From contig VRMN01000001.1 in assembly GCA_008690995.1 (NCBI GenBank), positions 496,001 to 560,000 on the forward strand: a stretch of 64,000 nucleotides of DNA, given 5' to 3'. The notes beneath the pieces were generated by a model. The model saw nothing but the letters and a program-made list of their open reading frames with translations, had not been told where the DNA came from and did not search any database. This document shows positions 1 to 10,516 of this stretch, piece by piece; positions within the stretch are counted from its first letter, which is position 1, and every line of letters begins with the position of its first letter. Made by a program: the position numbers and the translations under genes. The stretch comes from Porphyridium purpureum (taxonomy: Eukaryota).

Positions 1-288
1 TTTTCCACGCGGCAGCATACGAATGTGATGAATACCAACCCTGGCAACGTCCACTTGCACGCGCGTCACAATGTTGAGCTCGAGTACTTGGAGAACGTTG
101 CAGAACTCGCGGGCGCGAGCGAGCTGCTGTTGCCTGTGTCCACCGTCCTTTTGCATGTTGACCGTGTCGTCAAATGTTTGGGCCAGAATCGGAGTGCCAT
201 TCAAGCCTACGTGCAGAGCGTCGAGCGTCTCAACTGCGAGGGCTACCGCGCGCTCGCGACGGCCTTCCGCGCGAACTTCTTGAACTGA
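1..288 (+). CDS. 3' end of an unknown protein (partial, open from the window start)
   Basis: Frame 1 is open from base 1 to TGA at 286-288 and reads as protein-like (LEYLENVAELAGASELLLPV...); no motif recognised. Confidence 0.5.
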   Translation, partial: FSTRQHTNVMNTNPGNVHLHARHNVELEYLENVAELAGASELLLPVSTVLLHVDRVVKCLGQNRSAIQAYVQSVERLNCEGYRALATAFRANFLN

Positions 289-1196
289 TTATTTAGCGCT
301 GTCCGGCGCTCGGCCGAAGGATCCATCCGCGGTCTGGGCGGCCGAGGCTACGCGGTTGTTTCAATCGCTTTGTCTCTGACTAAAAATAACAATTGTATCA
401 CGATAGTTCGTCTGGTCCTCGTCCTCGAGTGAGGCGCGTCCAAACCGGATGGCGGCGGATCATTCATTGGGCCAAACTCCAGTTGATTGACTGTAGATTT
501 GGACCTTTCACAACACTCATTGAGCCTCACACCCTCAATTTACGGTTCAGATCTTTAAGCCGCGGCAAATCGATTAACACCGTATCGGCTACCCGATGGC
601 CAGTAACCGACAAGACGCGTCACTTCCATCGTGCAACCGGTTGGCCACGACGTTACTCGAAGAGCGGCAACATCGTGGAGACCTGGAGAATATCGGTGTG
701 TGATACCTACAAGCGGCGGAGTGACGTTCAACGCCGAGTGTGCCCGCCACGGCGGCTGTGCGCAAGGCCATGCGTGCCGGTGCCAGCTGGAAAACTCATA
801 TACATCGACCCAACATTTTTCTTGCGTTTCTTGGGGCTTTGGCGGGGTCTCTCCTTGCGCCGGTGCGAGATTTCCCCAACTCCCGAAATCAACTGCACTG
901 TACCTCCGACTCGTCATGGAGTGTACCGTGCGTATGTGGGCTCGCATCGTTTGTATATGCAAACGAGGGCACTGTAGTATGTAAAATTGCGATGGCTCCA
1001 CCGATGGAAACTTGTTGGCGGCGGGGGTTAGGTGGGAAGAACCGGGGAAGGAGAGAAGGAGAGTGGAGAAAGAAGGTGGGAGGGGAGAAGAAAGAGGCGT
1101 TGGACGTGTGTGGGTCGTGTACGGGGGTTAGTGAGGGCGGCAGTGGCGGCGGCGGTATAGGTGGTGGCAGTGGGGTTGAGTCCTTCGTCGGATATA

Positions 1197-2591
1197 ATGG
1201 CGAGTGCGTGCTTTGTGGCTGGGGGTTGGGTGGTAGGCTCGCCGTTGCCGGCATTGGCGTCTGGGAATGAGCGTGTGGCGTGCCGCGCGCCGTGCGTTGT
1301 TAGGCGGCCGTCGGCGGTCAGAATGGTGCTGTCGGAGCAGGAGCGCAAGAAGGTCGTGTATGATCCGAATGTGCCAGACACGCGCGGCAGGTTTGGAATG
1401 TTTGGAGGCATGTACGTGCCGGAAACGTTGATGGGCCCGCTCGATGACCTGCAGAAGGCGTACAACGAGATTAAGAAGGACCCGGATTTCCAGGCCGAGT
1501 TGGATGGACTTCTTAAGGATTACGTCGGACGTCCGTCGCCCTTGTACTTTGCCGCGCGCCTTACTGAGCATTTCAAGCGCGCAGACGGCACGGGACCGCA
1601 GATCTACCTCAAGCGCGAGGACCTGAACCACACCGGCGCACACAAGATCAACAATTCGTTGGCTCAGATTTTGCTTGCCCGCAGAATGGGTAAAACACGA
1701 ATCATCGCCGAGACAGGCGCCGGCCAGCACGGAGTCGCAACGGCCACGGTGTGTGCGCGCTTCGGGATGCAGTGCATTGTGTACATGGGCGCAAAGGACA
1801 TGGAGCGCCAGAAGCTCAACGTATTCCGCATGCGACTCATGGGCGCAGAGGTCCGCGCTGTGACTTCCGGTACTGCCACGCTGACGAACGCCCTGTCCGA
1901 AGCCATCCGGGACTGGGTAACAAACCCAACGGACACGCACTACATTGTGGGCTCTGTGGCTGGGCCACATCCTTACCCAATGCTTGTGCGCGACTTCCAC
2001 GCGTGCATTGGCAAGGAGACTCGCGCGCAGGCGATGGAGAAATGGGGCGGGCTCCCAGACTACTTGCTAGCGTGTGTTGGCGGCGGCTCCAACGCGATGG
2101 GCTTGTTCCACGAGTTTCGCAACGACAAGAGCGTCAAAATGGTTGGTGTGGAGGCCGCAGGCGAGGGTGTTTCGTCACCTCGAAACGCTGCCACGTTGAC
2201 CAATGGTCAGGTAGGTGTGCTGCACGGCTCGATGAGCTACCAATTGCAGGATAGCGATGGCCAGATTCTCGAGGCGCACTCGATTTCTGCCGGGCTCGAC
2301 TATCCGGGCGTTGGTCCGGAGCACTCTTACCTGCGCGACAGCGGCCGCGCCGAATACTATGCCGTGACAGACGACGAGGCTCTTGACGGGTTCAAGCTCC
2401 TTGCCAGATTGGAAGGCATCATTCCTGCGCTTGAGACCTCGCACGCCATTGCGTTTCTCAGCAAGTGGTGTCCGAACTTGACAGGTAGTCCCAAGGTGGT
2501 GCTCAACTGCTCGGGCCGAGGGGATAAGGATGTCAACACCGTGGTCAAGGAGCTCGAGGCTCGGGGTGATGGCTCATTGTTATTTGAGTAA
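1197..2591 (+). CDS. trpB: Tryptophan synthase beta chain with plastid-type transit peptide
   Basis: Motifs [32 protein letters not shown] (PLP Lys), [48 protein letters not shown] at 1197 ([10 protein letters not shown]). Confidence 0.97.
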   Translation: MASACFVAGGWVVGSPLPALASGNERVACRAPCVVRRPSAVRMVLSEQERKKVVYDPNVPDTRGRFGMFGGMYVPETLMGPLDDLQKAYNEIKKDPDFQAELDGLLKDYVGRPSPLYFAARLTEHFKRADGTGPQIYLKREDLNHTGAHKINNSLAQILLARRMGKTRIIAETGAGQHGVATATVCARFGMQCIVYMGAKDMERQKLNVFRMRLMGAEVRAVTSGTATLTNALSEAIRDWVTNPTDTHYIVGSVAGPHPYPMLVRDFHACIGKETRAQAMEKWGGLPDYLLACVGGGSNAMGLFHEFRNDKSVKMVGVEAAGEGVSSPRNAATLTNGQVGVLHGSMSYQLQDSDGQILEAHSISAGLDYPGVGPEHSYLRDSGRAEYYAVTDDEALDGFKLLARLEGIIPALETSHAIAFLSKWCPNLTGSPKVVLNCSGRGDKDVNTVVKELEARGDGSLLFE

Positions 2592-2640
2592 AGGAATGCA
2601 CGGGATCACGACCTTTTCTGGACGGCTATTCAAACTACAT

Positions 2641-3210
2641 TTAGAACACGATGGCAGATGCCACTTTGTCGGCTTCTTCTTTGCTCACAAGCAGCTCAAC
2701 CAACTTGAGCGCAAACTCAATCGCTGTCCCAGCACCACGCGACGTGACACACTTGGTGCCCACGTCCACCACAACGCGTTCCTGGACGCCCTGCACACCT
2801 TGCTCGATGAGCTTTGCCTCAAAGCCCGGATGGCACGTCGCGTTCGTTGGTAGGAGCCCGTGCTCTAGAAGCACGACCGCGGGTGCCGCGCATATTGCTC
2901 CGTACCACTTCCCTGCTTGCTTTTGTGCGTGAAGCATGCCGATGAGCAGCGTGCGCTGGCTAAGAACTTTCGCGCCAGGCATGCCGCCCGGCAGAATGAT
3001 TGCGTCCCAGTCCTTATCTGTGCATTCACTCAGCGCGGCGTCGCATCCCACTGTAACCCCACGCGCGCACTTGACGCTCAAGGACGGCGAATCTTCCACA
3101 CACGCCACCGTCACGTCGCAGCCGCCGCGACGCAGAATGTTGATAATGGCAATGGCTTCGAGCTCCTCGGACGCTGTGGCCATGGGAACTAGCACGGTTG
3201 GCGGCGCCAT
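2641..3210 (-). CDS. DJ-1/ThiJ/PfpI family protein (deglycase/glyoxalase-like)
   Basis: MAPPTVLVPMATASEELEAI, WDAIILPGGMPGA, GAICAAPA (nucleophilic Cys), VTSRGAGTAIEFALKLVE; ATG at 3210. Confidence 0.93.
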   Translation of the reverse strand: MAPPTVLVPMATASEELEAIAIINILRRGGCDVTVACVEDSPSLSVKCARGVTVGCDAALSECTDKDWDAIILPGGMPGAKVLSQRTLLIGMLHAQKQAGKWYGAICAAPAVVLLEHGLLPTNATCHPGFEAKLIEQGVQGVQERVVVDVGTKCVTSRGAGTAIEFALKLVELLVSKEEADKVASAIVF

Positions 3211-3623
3211 ACTGAGTACACAAAGATTGGCCAAGTCTGGCAACACCTTTACGACACAGAACAGACGGACGAATAACCTTTGACCTCGGACACAGTCTTG
3301 TGACGGGTAATCGTTCGAAGCTTTTCTATTATGATAGACTTGACACAAGGTGGGTGGTATCTTGTCAGGATCTTCGGTCTTCGATTTGAGCGCGTCCTGC
3401 CTGCGCGTAAAATGCGAGAAGAAGCGAATCGAGAACGCAGGGTCCCTGTTTCGGTCAATGTGGGATCTGATCGCATGATTCTCCTGGGGTTGACGCATAA
3501 ATAATGTAACTAGTGCCTAGCTTCAGAAAGCAGGTCCGCGCTTCAGCAAAGATTCCTTTTCCGGATCCCCACGCAGAAGCATCGGCTCACTCGCAAACTC
3601 AAATGCCTCGCACTGATCAGAAC

Positions 3624-4613
3624 TCAGCCGTTTCTCCCGTGCGGCGCAAGAGGTGGTTGCTTGGAATCGCTCGCCATCAACGGTGCCTGTTGTGGCTGAA
3701 ATGGTAGCGGGGGCATTCCAGGTGGTAGAGACGCACTCGAAGATATTGAACCCAATCGCATCGCAGGGCCAGGAAATGTAGGCGGAAGCGGAGGCATGGA
3801 TGCTGGAATAGCTTGTCTACTGGCATTGAGACCTGCAGACGGGATCTGCATCGGCGGTATTGCTCCGACAGCAAGTTCCACTGGTTGTACCACTGGCTGT
3901 ACCACTGATGGATTGGCAAAGGCTCCTGGTGTATACTGCTGCTGCTGCTGCTGCTGCTGCTGAATAGCCGAAAAGTGCGCCAATAATCGCTCCGCCTCGG
4001 AACCGTGACGTTCTCGCTTTGAATCCTTCTTGAAAGCGTACTGCACGGAAATGGGCTGGTTCATCAGGTATTGCCCATTCATGGCGTTGATGGCCGCGTC
4101 TGAAGATGCAAAGTTATCATACTTGACAAATGCGTACTGCTTAGACTCGCCCGTGGTCGGATCCCGCGCCACGTGAGGCGTCTCTACGAGCGACCCAAAT
4201 GCAGAAAAGACATCGTGCAGGATTTTCTCGTCGACATCCATGTGAATATTTCCCACGAATAGATTCGCGCCGACGTCGATGGTGGCGTGCTCGCTTGTGC
4301 TCTGCACCCGAATGGGTTTCCCAAACAGGCGGACCATGTTGAGGACTTTGACGGCATATGCGGCATCGTGTTCGGCTTGGAACTCAACAAAGGCGTATCC
4401 GAATGGTGCACCAGACAGGCGGTCGCGCGGGATGTAAATGTGCCGCACGCGACCGGCCTGAATCATAAGCTCCCATAGCAATAACTCGGTCACGCGCTCA
4501 TCAAGAGCGCCAACGTACACTGTTTTGAGCTTGTTCCGCTCCGACACGAGGCCGACCCCGCGCGAATTTCCAGCTCCCACTGGAATCTGACTCCGTACTC
4601 CCTCCGAGCCCAT
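3624..4613 (-). CDS. SF3B4: Splicing factor 3B subunit 4 (two RRMs, Pro/Gln-rich tail)
   Basis: ERNKLKTVYVGALDERVTELLLWELMIQAG, DVGANLFVGN, ISVQYAFKKDSKRERHGSEAERLLA. Confidence 0.93.
   Translation of the reverse strand: MGSEGVRSQIPVGAGNSRGVGLVSERNKLKTVYVGALDERVTELLLWELMIQAGRVRHIYIPRDRLSGAPFGYAFVEFQAEHDAAYAVKVLNMVRLFGKPIRVQSTSEHATIDVGANLFVGNIHMDVDEKILHDVFSAFGSLVETPHVARDPTTGESKQYAFVKYDNFASSDAAINAMNGQYLMNQPISVQYAFKKDSKRERHGSEAERLLAHFSAIQQQQQQQQQYTPGAFANPSVVQPVVQPVELAVGAIPPMQIPSAGLNASRQAIPASMPPLPPTFPGPAMRLGSISSSASLPPGMPPLPFQPQQAPLMASDSKQPPLAPHGRNG
3936..3962 (-). repeat. (CAG)9 tract encoding polyQ in SF3B4
   Basis: (ctg)9 on the + strand; Q9 in the translation. Confidence 0.9.
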
Positions 4614-4763
4614 CTCTCGTCCACGTGCCGCTGCTAGCGTTCCGGTCCCTTCGTCGCACAAGCTTTATGTGGCAAGACTTGCCGAGGCAGGCGACACACG
4701 CGTGCATCGTGGTCTTGTTGCGTGTTTAGGTCAAAGATCGAGACGGCTCAATGAGGAAGTGGC

Positions 4764-6485
4764 ATGCGGCGCGCTCTCAGGCCATCTTCGGTGGCGCGCC
4801 CTGGTGGATTGCGCGCTTTGATTTGGTCAGGGCCCAGCAAGTCGAGCGAGTTTTGCAAGCTGCTCCATGTGCGTGAGCGGTTGAAAACGGACTGGGCGGA
4901 CTCCCCGGGTACGCCAGCAGCAGAAGCGCGGATTTTGCGTGCCGCATTGCAAGGCAAAAAGTTGCCAAATCTCGAGACAGTGCCTGGCGATGCTCCGTCA
5001 TTGCCGGCGATGTGTCTGGTGCGCGCGCTGAACGGTAAGGATCAGGACTGTAGGCGCGCAGTGATGCAGCTTGAACGGTCTTGGCAAGAAGCGGAGCCGA
5101 AGCAAGTGCCTAGCCCGGACGCAGTTAGCGCCGTTGATGATATGATTGCTTATCTCCGAGTGACATTGTGTGTCTGCGTCATACGAGACTATTGGCATTC
5201 GGTGAAGACCATACTAGGCATGCGCATCCTAACCAACTCACTGACTCTGTCCGGGAGAACAAGCAAGCCGAGTTCCAAACTACAGATGGCCCTGAATGCT
5301 GAAGAACTTCAGCTTCCATGGACCCAGATATTGAACAAGTTCGGGGTGTTGCTTTCGCTGAACCCGAGCGAAAGGGAGAGGTCGCGTATATGTAGGCTGG
5401 TGGAGACTGCACTGGCACTGTCTGGTAGACAGTGTGATGAGCAGCTTTTCCTGTACGTGAACCACCTGAAGGCGGCTTGCAAGGCTCTGGAGAAACTTGT
5501 TCCCAACGGCGCCGGGACTGCCGTAGCAGCTGATTTCGCTTTGCTATGGACCAGCCAACTCTTTCGCGTCGCCGAGCGATCGGCAGGTGGACGGCTCAGT
5601 GTGGAAAGCGAGCGCGGTCATTTCCTGACCAAAATTATGCTTGAGATGGCTATTCGTGCGCAGGCAGATAGCTGGCCAGCATGCTTGCGTCTTGACCGAG
5701 CATTGAGCCTGGTGCAGATGGCGTCTCGCGTTAGGGTAAAAGCGCAAGCTTTGCCGAGAATGTGGCTATCCGAGAAAGAAATCCTCCATGCCCTGCTCGA
5801 TGTTGCTCTTGCTGATTCTGGAGCAGATAGCGAGACTGTGTCGAAGCTTTGGTCTATCGTCCGGCGTATGTGCGATTCGCAAATTTCGTTTTCGTTGGAC
5901 CAGAAGGAACGTCTTTTGACTCGCGTAGGATTTTGGCACGAACTCCACAACTTGGGGGTCACCGTCGCAGAAGAAGACGTCGAATTGTTCTTGGATTCCA
6001 TCAAGGAGGATGCGTCCCAGCATACTCTTTCGATTGGCGCGTACCTCTGTCCTGAGAAGCAGCAACCAGACTGGTACGGAGGCAAGAACACTGCTCTGAC
6101 GGTTATTCTTTTATGTGGCGGAGGTCCTGATTTTCTTGTTCGCGCCTCAGACTTTTTGAAAAGGCAAACTTATGAGGCAGTGCAGGGTCTTGAGCCGGCG
6201 ACTAATGGCAATGAAACGCAAGGGCCTCGCTTGCCAGCAGGATTTGTGCTCCTGCTCTCCACTTTTATTCGCGCCATTCGCTTTGACTCAGTCACGCAAG
6301 CGCTACCGGCGTCGCTGATGCAGGATGTAATCGGCATGATGAATACACTTACGGAGCTTGGACTGTTCAATTCTGACGGAGCATCGCTCCGTCTTAATCG
6401 TGATGACCAAGTGTTGCTCGAAAAAGTGATTAGGAAGTACTGGCTGGACTTTTCGAGGGATATGAGTACCGGGCGGCTTGGCTAA
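4764..6485 (+). CDS. Hypothetical protein, 573 aa, Leu/Ala-rich, probably helical
   Basis: Long uninterrupted ORF with an Arg/Ser-rich organelle-targeting-like N-terminus; no recognisable motif. Confidence 0.7.
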   Translation: MRRALRPSSVARPGGLRALIWSGPSKSSEFCKLLHVRERLKTDWADSPGTPAAEARILRAALQGKKLPNLETVPGDAPSLPAMCLVRALNGKDQDCRRAVMQLERSWQEAEPKQVPSPDAVSAVDDMIAYLRVTLCVCVIRDYWHSVKTILGMRILTNSLTLSGRTSKPSSKLQMALNAEELQLPWTQILNKFGVLLSLNPSERERSRICRLVETALALSGRQCDEQLFLYVNHLKAACKALEKLVPNGAGTAVAADFALLWTSQLFRVAERSAGGRLSVESERGHFLTKIMLEMAIRAQADSWPACLRLDRALSLVQMASRVRVKAQALPRMWLSEKEILHALLDVALADSGADSETVSKLWSIVRRMCDSQISFSLDQKERLLTRVGFWHELHNLGVTVAEEDVELFLDSIKEDASQHTLSIGAYLCPEKQQPDWYGGKNTALTVILLCGGGPDFLVRASDFLKRQTYEAVQGLEPATNGNETQGPRLPAGFVLLLSTFIRAIRFDSVTQALPASLMQDVIGMMNTLTELGLFNSDGASLRLNRDDQVLLEKVIRKYWLDFSRDMSTGRLG

Positions 6486-6976
6486 TATACGTGGCCCTGC
6501 CGATGTAAACCATCTGCAGCCATGCTCTTTAAATTAGTTCACGATAGGTTCCTTATCTATTGTACGATCAGTTAAAAGGAAGAAAGACACAAAAACAAGA
6601 AAAATTGCTGAAGCTGAAAAGCGCAGATATGCATGCGCCAATCCTTCTCGAAAAAACGGCAGGAAGCTCATAAACTCGCAATGTTCAGTCAAAGCAAGAG
6701 CACAGATTTCCGGCGCACAATGAGCCGATGTCTTGACATGGCGACTAGCTCACAGCGCTATAGAGCACAATTCATGAATCCCCATTTGTTACTGAGTATC
6801 TGTCCATTTTTTCACCGGTATCGCTCATGCTCAGCGAGTGCCAGAAACTTGATCCTGGTGCAAACCCCACATCGTTCCCTTTCCGTGTGGTTCGTCACCA
6901 GCCAGCGACATCCACGGCATCTCTGTGACCACGCCACAGGGCATCCGGACCGATTGTTCATGCCCATCCAGGCGGG

Positions 6977-9823
6977 CTAAACGAGCTCGGCATGCTCGTG
7001 CTTGTCACGCCGAGCACGTGCATCCGTGTCTAAATGACCGTGATTGGAAGGCAGATTCTCCGGCGACGATGATGACGTAATTTTGGTAAAGACTGAGCTC
7101 CGCGGGCGATACTCCGCGATCGAATCCTCTAGTACCTTTTTAAAGGTCGACCACGCAGACTGCAAAATCCCTGACGATCCTGACGCACGAGATGCCCCAT
7201 GCTCGGAAAGGAGCGTCTTTTCGTCATCATCCATACTGGTGACGTAGGAGCTGCGGTCGCCAGAGCCAAGAATGAATAGGCAATCAAGATACGCACCTAA
7301 AGTCGTCATTACATCCTCGTCGGCAGCTTGCAACACACGAGTTGACAGGAATGAAGGGGGTACGCGACCGCTCGTTTCCTCCTGCAGAGCCATGTGTGCT
7401 CTGTTTAGTAAGTCAAGAGCTCGACCAGGACCGCCACTTGACCCGTCATGATCGCTAACTAAGGCTTCGCACAACAGAAGCTCAACACCAGAATCCACCA
7501 TGACAACACGTTCCTCAAGAAGAAGCGCGCGAGTGTCATCGATTGGTAGTAAGGCTAGTCCTGCCCAGCCTACGTCATACATGACCGATTTAAAGTCCCC
7601 ATCTGAGCCGCCTTTGTCGTGCAATCCTGTGGCATCTTTCACCGTGTACAAAGTGGGGATCATGAATCTATCCATCGCGGCATTCGACGGATCTGCATGA
7701 TCACAGAACCAGCGGCAAGCTGCAGTTGTGCAACTAGCTTCAAAGGAATGCGCCTCAAACTCAGCTCGAGCTGAAAAGGCTTGCCGAAAATGGTCCATCT
7801 CGCGCACGATCCTCTGACCAAACTGAATTCCTTCGCCGTTTGAATGGCGAATGCATTTCACCCGTGCCGAAATGTGCTCGTTCAGTTTCTCTGCCGGAGC
7901 TTTACCCGCTCGCAAGGCTTCCGACAAGGCATGCTTTACGGCAATCACAGATGGGGACACCAGAAGTGGACCGGAGGTGCGCGCAACGACAGCGCCGACA
8001 ACATCGACTCCGTAAAAGTCATCTCGTTTGAAAGCTGAGTCAACGAAACAGACATGGAAAGTTCGTGTCACCCGGTGCAGGAAGGCACCTGCCGTTTCCC
8101 ATCGCTGGCTTACGAGCTGTACGACGACTCGTGAAGATGTCCTTGACGAAGAAGAGCGCGCCAGGCGGTCCAGGCCAAACAAAAGCGTATACGATATGTT
8201 TTGGTCCAAAGCAATCACATTGTTTAGCGCCCAGCACTGCTCGCCCTGCTTTTCAAAATGCCAAGCAGACCGTCCAATCGCCGACTTTAAATCGCACCCC
8301 GAAGACACGAAGACTTCCAAAGTCCCGAAACAAGCAAGCGCGTCGGTAAGCATAAAGAGAATATTGCTCTTCAGCGATACGTACACACACCTTTCGCCTC
8401 GTTGACTCGTTTTTTGCTTCTCTTCCAAGCGCCAGCTTGGGAGTGGAGTCACTAGCACGCAACCACCCTGCGACGCGCTCGCTGCTGCATCTAAAGCTTT
8501 CAGTACCACAGCAGACCCATGCTGAAGAGCATCCTTTTCGACCGAATGGTCAGGTCCCGGTCCCGGCTCGGACACAAATGAGTCAAGCGAGGCGTTGGGC
8601 GGCATCCACACAAAATTCAGAGCGCAGCATTGCGCTCGCGCTTTTCGGCCCAGGCCTGTGAGACGCTCAGCCAAATTCATCGCTGGAGATGCGTCGCCTG
8701 CCCCATGTGAAGAAAACCACTCACTCTGCACGAGACCAATAATACGATGAAAGTGCCCCCTTCTACTTGTTCTTGATGTATCGCCTCTCTCCGTACCCAG
8801 GAATTCGACGGCTTTAGAGCGTCTGAGAAGTAGCTCGAGGGCTATCTCCAAGGCGGCGGAAAAAGGACTAAAGGCGCTCACAGGCGAAACTGCATTGCGC
8901 TGGTGCCAGCTGCCAAACGTGCACCGATCAGCAGGCGTAGGCTCTGCAATGAGACCATACAGCTGGTGTGTAAACAGCTGCAAGTCATCGGTCGTGTACA
9001 TACCGAGTTCAGATGAATTTTGAAGCAGTGGCTGAGATATTCGGAGAAACTGGTCAGCGCTTTCCACGACGTCTGTGCACACCAAGTCGCCTTCACTGAC
9101 AGAGTTTCCATGCCCGTCCGCATCTAATGAGCCAGAGCCAAAGCGCACCACTTCAACGAGCGACCTGCCAACTGAGACAAGGCCAAACCTGGGCCGCACA
9201 TCAGAGTGAATGAGCGCACGACTGCAAAAGTCGTCCAATGCCTCGCTGATGGCCTCACGAACTTGATCAGCCTGTGGTATAGGCGCGCGCTGGTCCACAA
9301 GCAGAAAGAGAACGCCCGGGTCACACACGCTCCGGTCCGACGTGGGTCGCGACGCGGAAGGCACCGGCTCGACAAATTCGACAACCTGGACGGCGCGATT
9401 GGTTTCTACCAGGGCGGCCACACCCATACTCTGAACTGCATTCCTCGACACGGCATCCATTTGATTATCGTCCACGCCGCAGAACGCACACTTCCACGCC
9501 ACGCGTGCGCGCGGCTGCATTTGCGCGCCGTCATCAATCAGGACCTGCGCGTCTGGTCCAAACACCGCCGCGCAGCCTGTACATCGCATCGGCGCCCTAT
9601 TCACCTGACTCCTCAACTGGCTCGTCCCGGACCACGTGTCCGGTTGCGCTTGACCAGCTTGACCTATGCATGGTCGCGTCGCTGTCCACGGACGCCATAT
9701 CACACCATTACCAAACGGCGGCTCCACGTCTCCATCTCCACCCACATGCATTCCACCATACCCCTGCCATACTGCCGCCTCGCACCACTCTTCCTTCCTC
9801 TCCTCCACGACCACTCCCTCCAT
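6977..9823 (-). CDS. Divergent Sec23/Sec24-like protein (Zn finger plus vWA/trunk-like region)
   Basis: PMRCTGCAAVF...WKCAFCG zinc finger, VVEFV, then LFLLVD and FGLVSVG trunk-like strands and VVQLVSQ beta-sandwich-like segment; ATG at 9823 (MEGVVVEE). Confidence 0.7.
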   Translation of the reverse strand: MEGVVVEERKEEWCEAAVWQGYGGMHVGGDGDVEPPFGNGVIWRPWTATRPCIGQAGQAQPDTWSGTSQLRSQVNRAPMRCTGCAAVFGPDAQVLIDDGAQMQPRARVAWKCAFCGVDDNQMDAVSRNAVQSMGVAALVETNRAVQVVEFVEPVPSASRPTSDRSVCDPGVLFLLVDQRAPIPQADQVREAISEALDDFCSRALIHSDVRPRFGLVSVGRSLVEVVRFGSGSLDADGHGNSVSEGDLVCTDVVESADQFLRISQPLLQNSSELGMYTTDDLQLFTHQLYGLIAEPTPADRCTFGSWHQRNAVSPVSAFSPFSAALEIALELLLRRSKAVEFLGTERGDTSRTSRRGHFHRIIGLVQSEWFSSHGAGDASPAMNLAERLTGLGRKARAQCCALNFVWMPPNASLDSFVSEPGPGPDHSVEKDALQHGSAVVLKALDAAASASQGGCVLVTPLPSWRLEEKQKTSQRGERCVYVSLKSNILFMLTDALACFGTLEVFVSSGCDLKSAIGRSAWHFEKQGEQCWALNNVIALDQNISYTLLFGLDRLARSSSSRTSSRVVVQLVSQRWETAGAFLHRVTRTFHVCFVDSAFKRDDFYGVDVVGAVVARTSGPLLVSPSVIAVKHALSEALRAGKAPAEKLNEHISARVKCIRHSNGEGIQFGQRIVREMDHFRQAFSARAEFEAHSFEASCTTAACRWFCDHADPSNAAMDRFMIPTLYTVKDATGLHDKGGSDGDFKSVMYDVGWAGLALLPIDDTRALLLEERVVMVDSGVELLLCEALVSDHDGSSGGPGRALDLLNRAHMALQEETSGRVPPSFLSTRVLQAADEDVMTTLGAYLDCLFILGSGDRSSYVTSMDDDEKTLLSEHGASRASGSSGILQSAWSTFKKVLEDSIAEYRPRSSVFTKITSSSSPENLPSNHGHLDTDARARRDKHEHAELV

Positions 9824-10223
9824 CCCGCATTCCTTCCCCTTTTCTCCTCTCTCCGCACCTCCTTCCCATCCCCAACTCACCACCACCCTTTCTCCCCCCT
9901 TCCTCTCAGACGCCAAACCACGAAAACCCTAAAACTAACCAACTCATCCAACTGAACCTTAGTCCAACTTCTAACAGTACACTACTCACGTTTTCAATGT
10001 ACACTACATGACCACGCACTGTACATCCAATGGCAATGTCAAGCGTTCGCGCGCACCTGTCCCACAGCCGCCAGCCGCTTCACGTTTCTTCCCTGTGCTC
10101 GCGGTCAACCTTGCGAGTCAATGATGGTGGCGCTCAGATCACGACGTCTCGGCAATGCTTCTTCTAGCCGTGCACCTCGTGGCCGCGGCGCAACAATGTG
10201 CACACTCTATCGTCGCGCAGGTG

Positions 10224-10241
10224 TTTTTTTTTTTTTTTTTT
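10224..10241 (+). repeat. Poly-T18 tract in a divergent intergenic region
   Basis: Run of 18 T. Confidence 0.9.
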
Positions 10242-10516
10242 CAAGAACACAAGCAGCGGCTGCGCACGTGCCGACACGCGTACACCGTGCTCGAGATCTT
10301 TTTCATCTCGTTTGGAGTTTGAGAGAAGGACTTTACTGTCCAAACTGTGCCGTTTTAGTATAGACATGGACCCGCCTGACTGAATGGAAGACGACGATCT
10401 GAGTGTCGCATGTGGACGCAGGAAGGCAGAGAGAGAGAGAGAGGGGTGCAAGAGAGACAACAAGGTGAACGGTGGTATCCGTGAGTGTGGTTGAGTTTGG
10501 CAGAGCGTGGGAAAAG

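Noticed and set aside
1128..2000. Long antisense or alternate-frame ORFs (also 27481-28527, 45114-45977, 57503-58390 and others)
   Set aside because: Shadow ORFs of GC-rich real genes with no motifs.
3211..3498. Long N-terminal extensions in the ORF track (DJ-1, DDB1, FIST, PsbP and others)
   Set aside because: Mostly arise from non-ATG or upstream starts before the homologous start or transit peptide.
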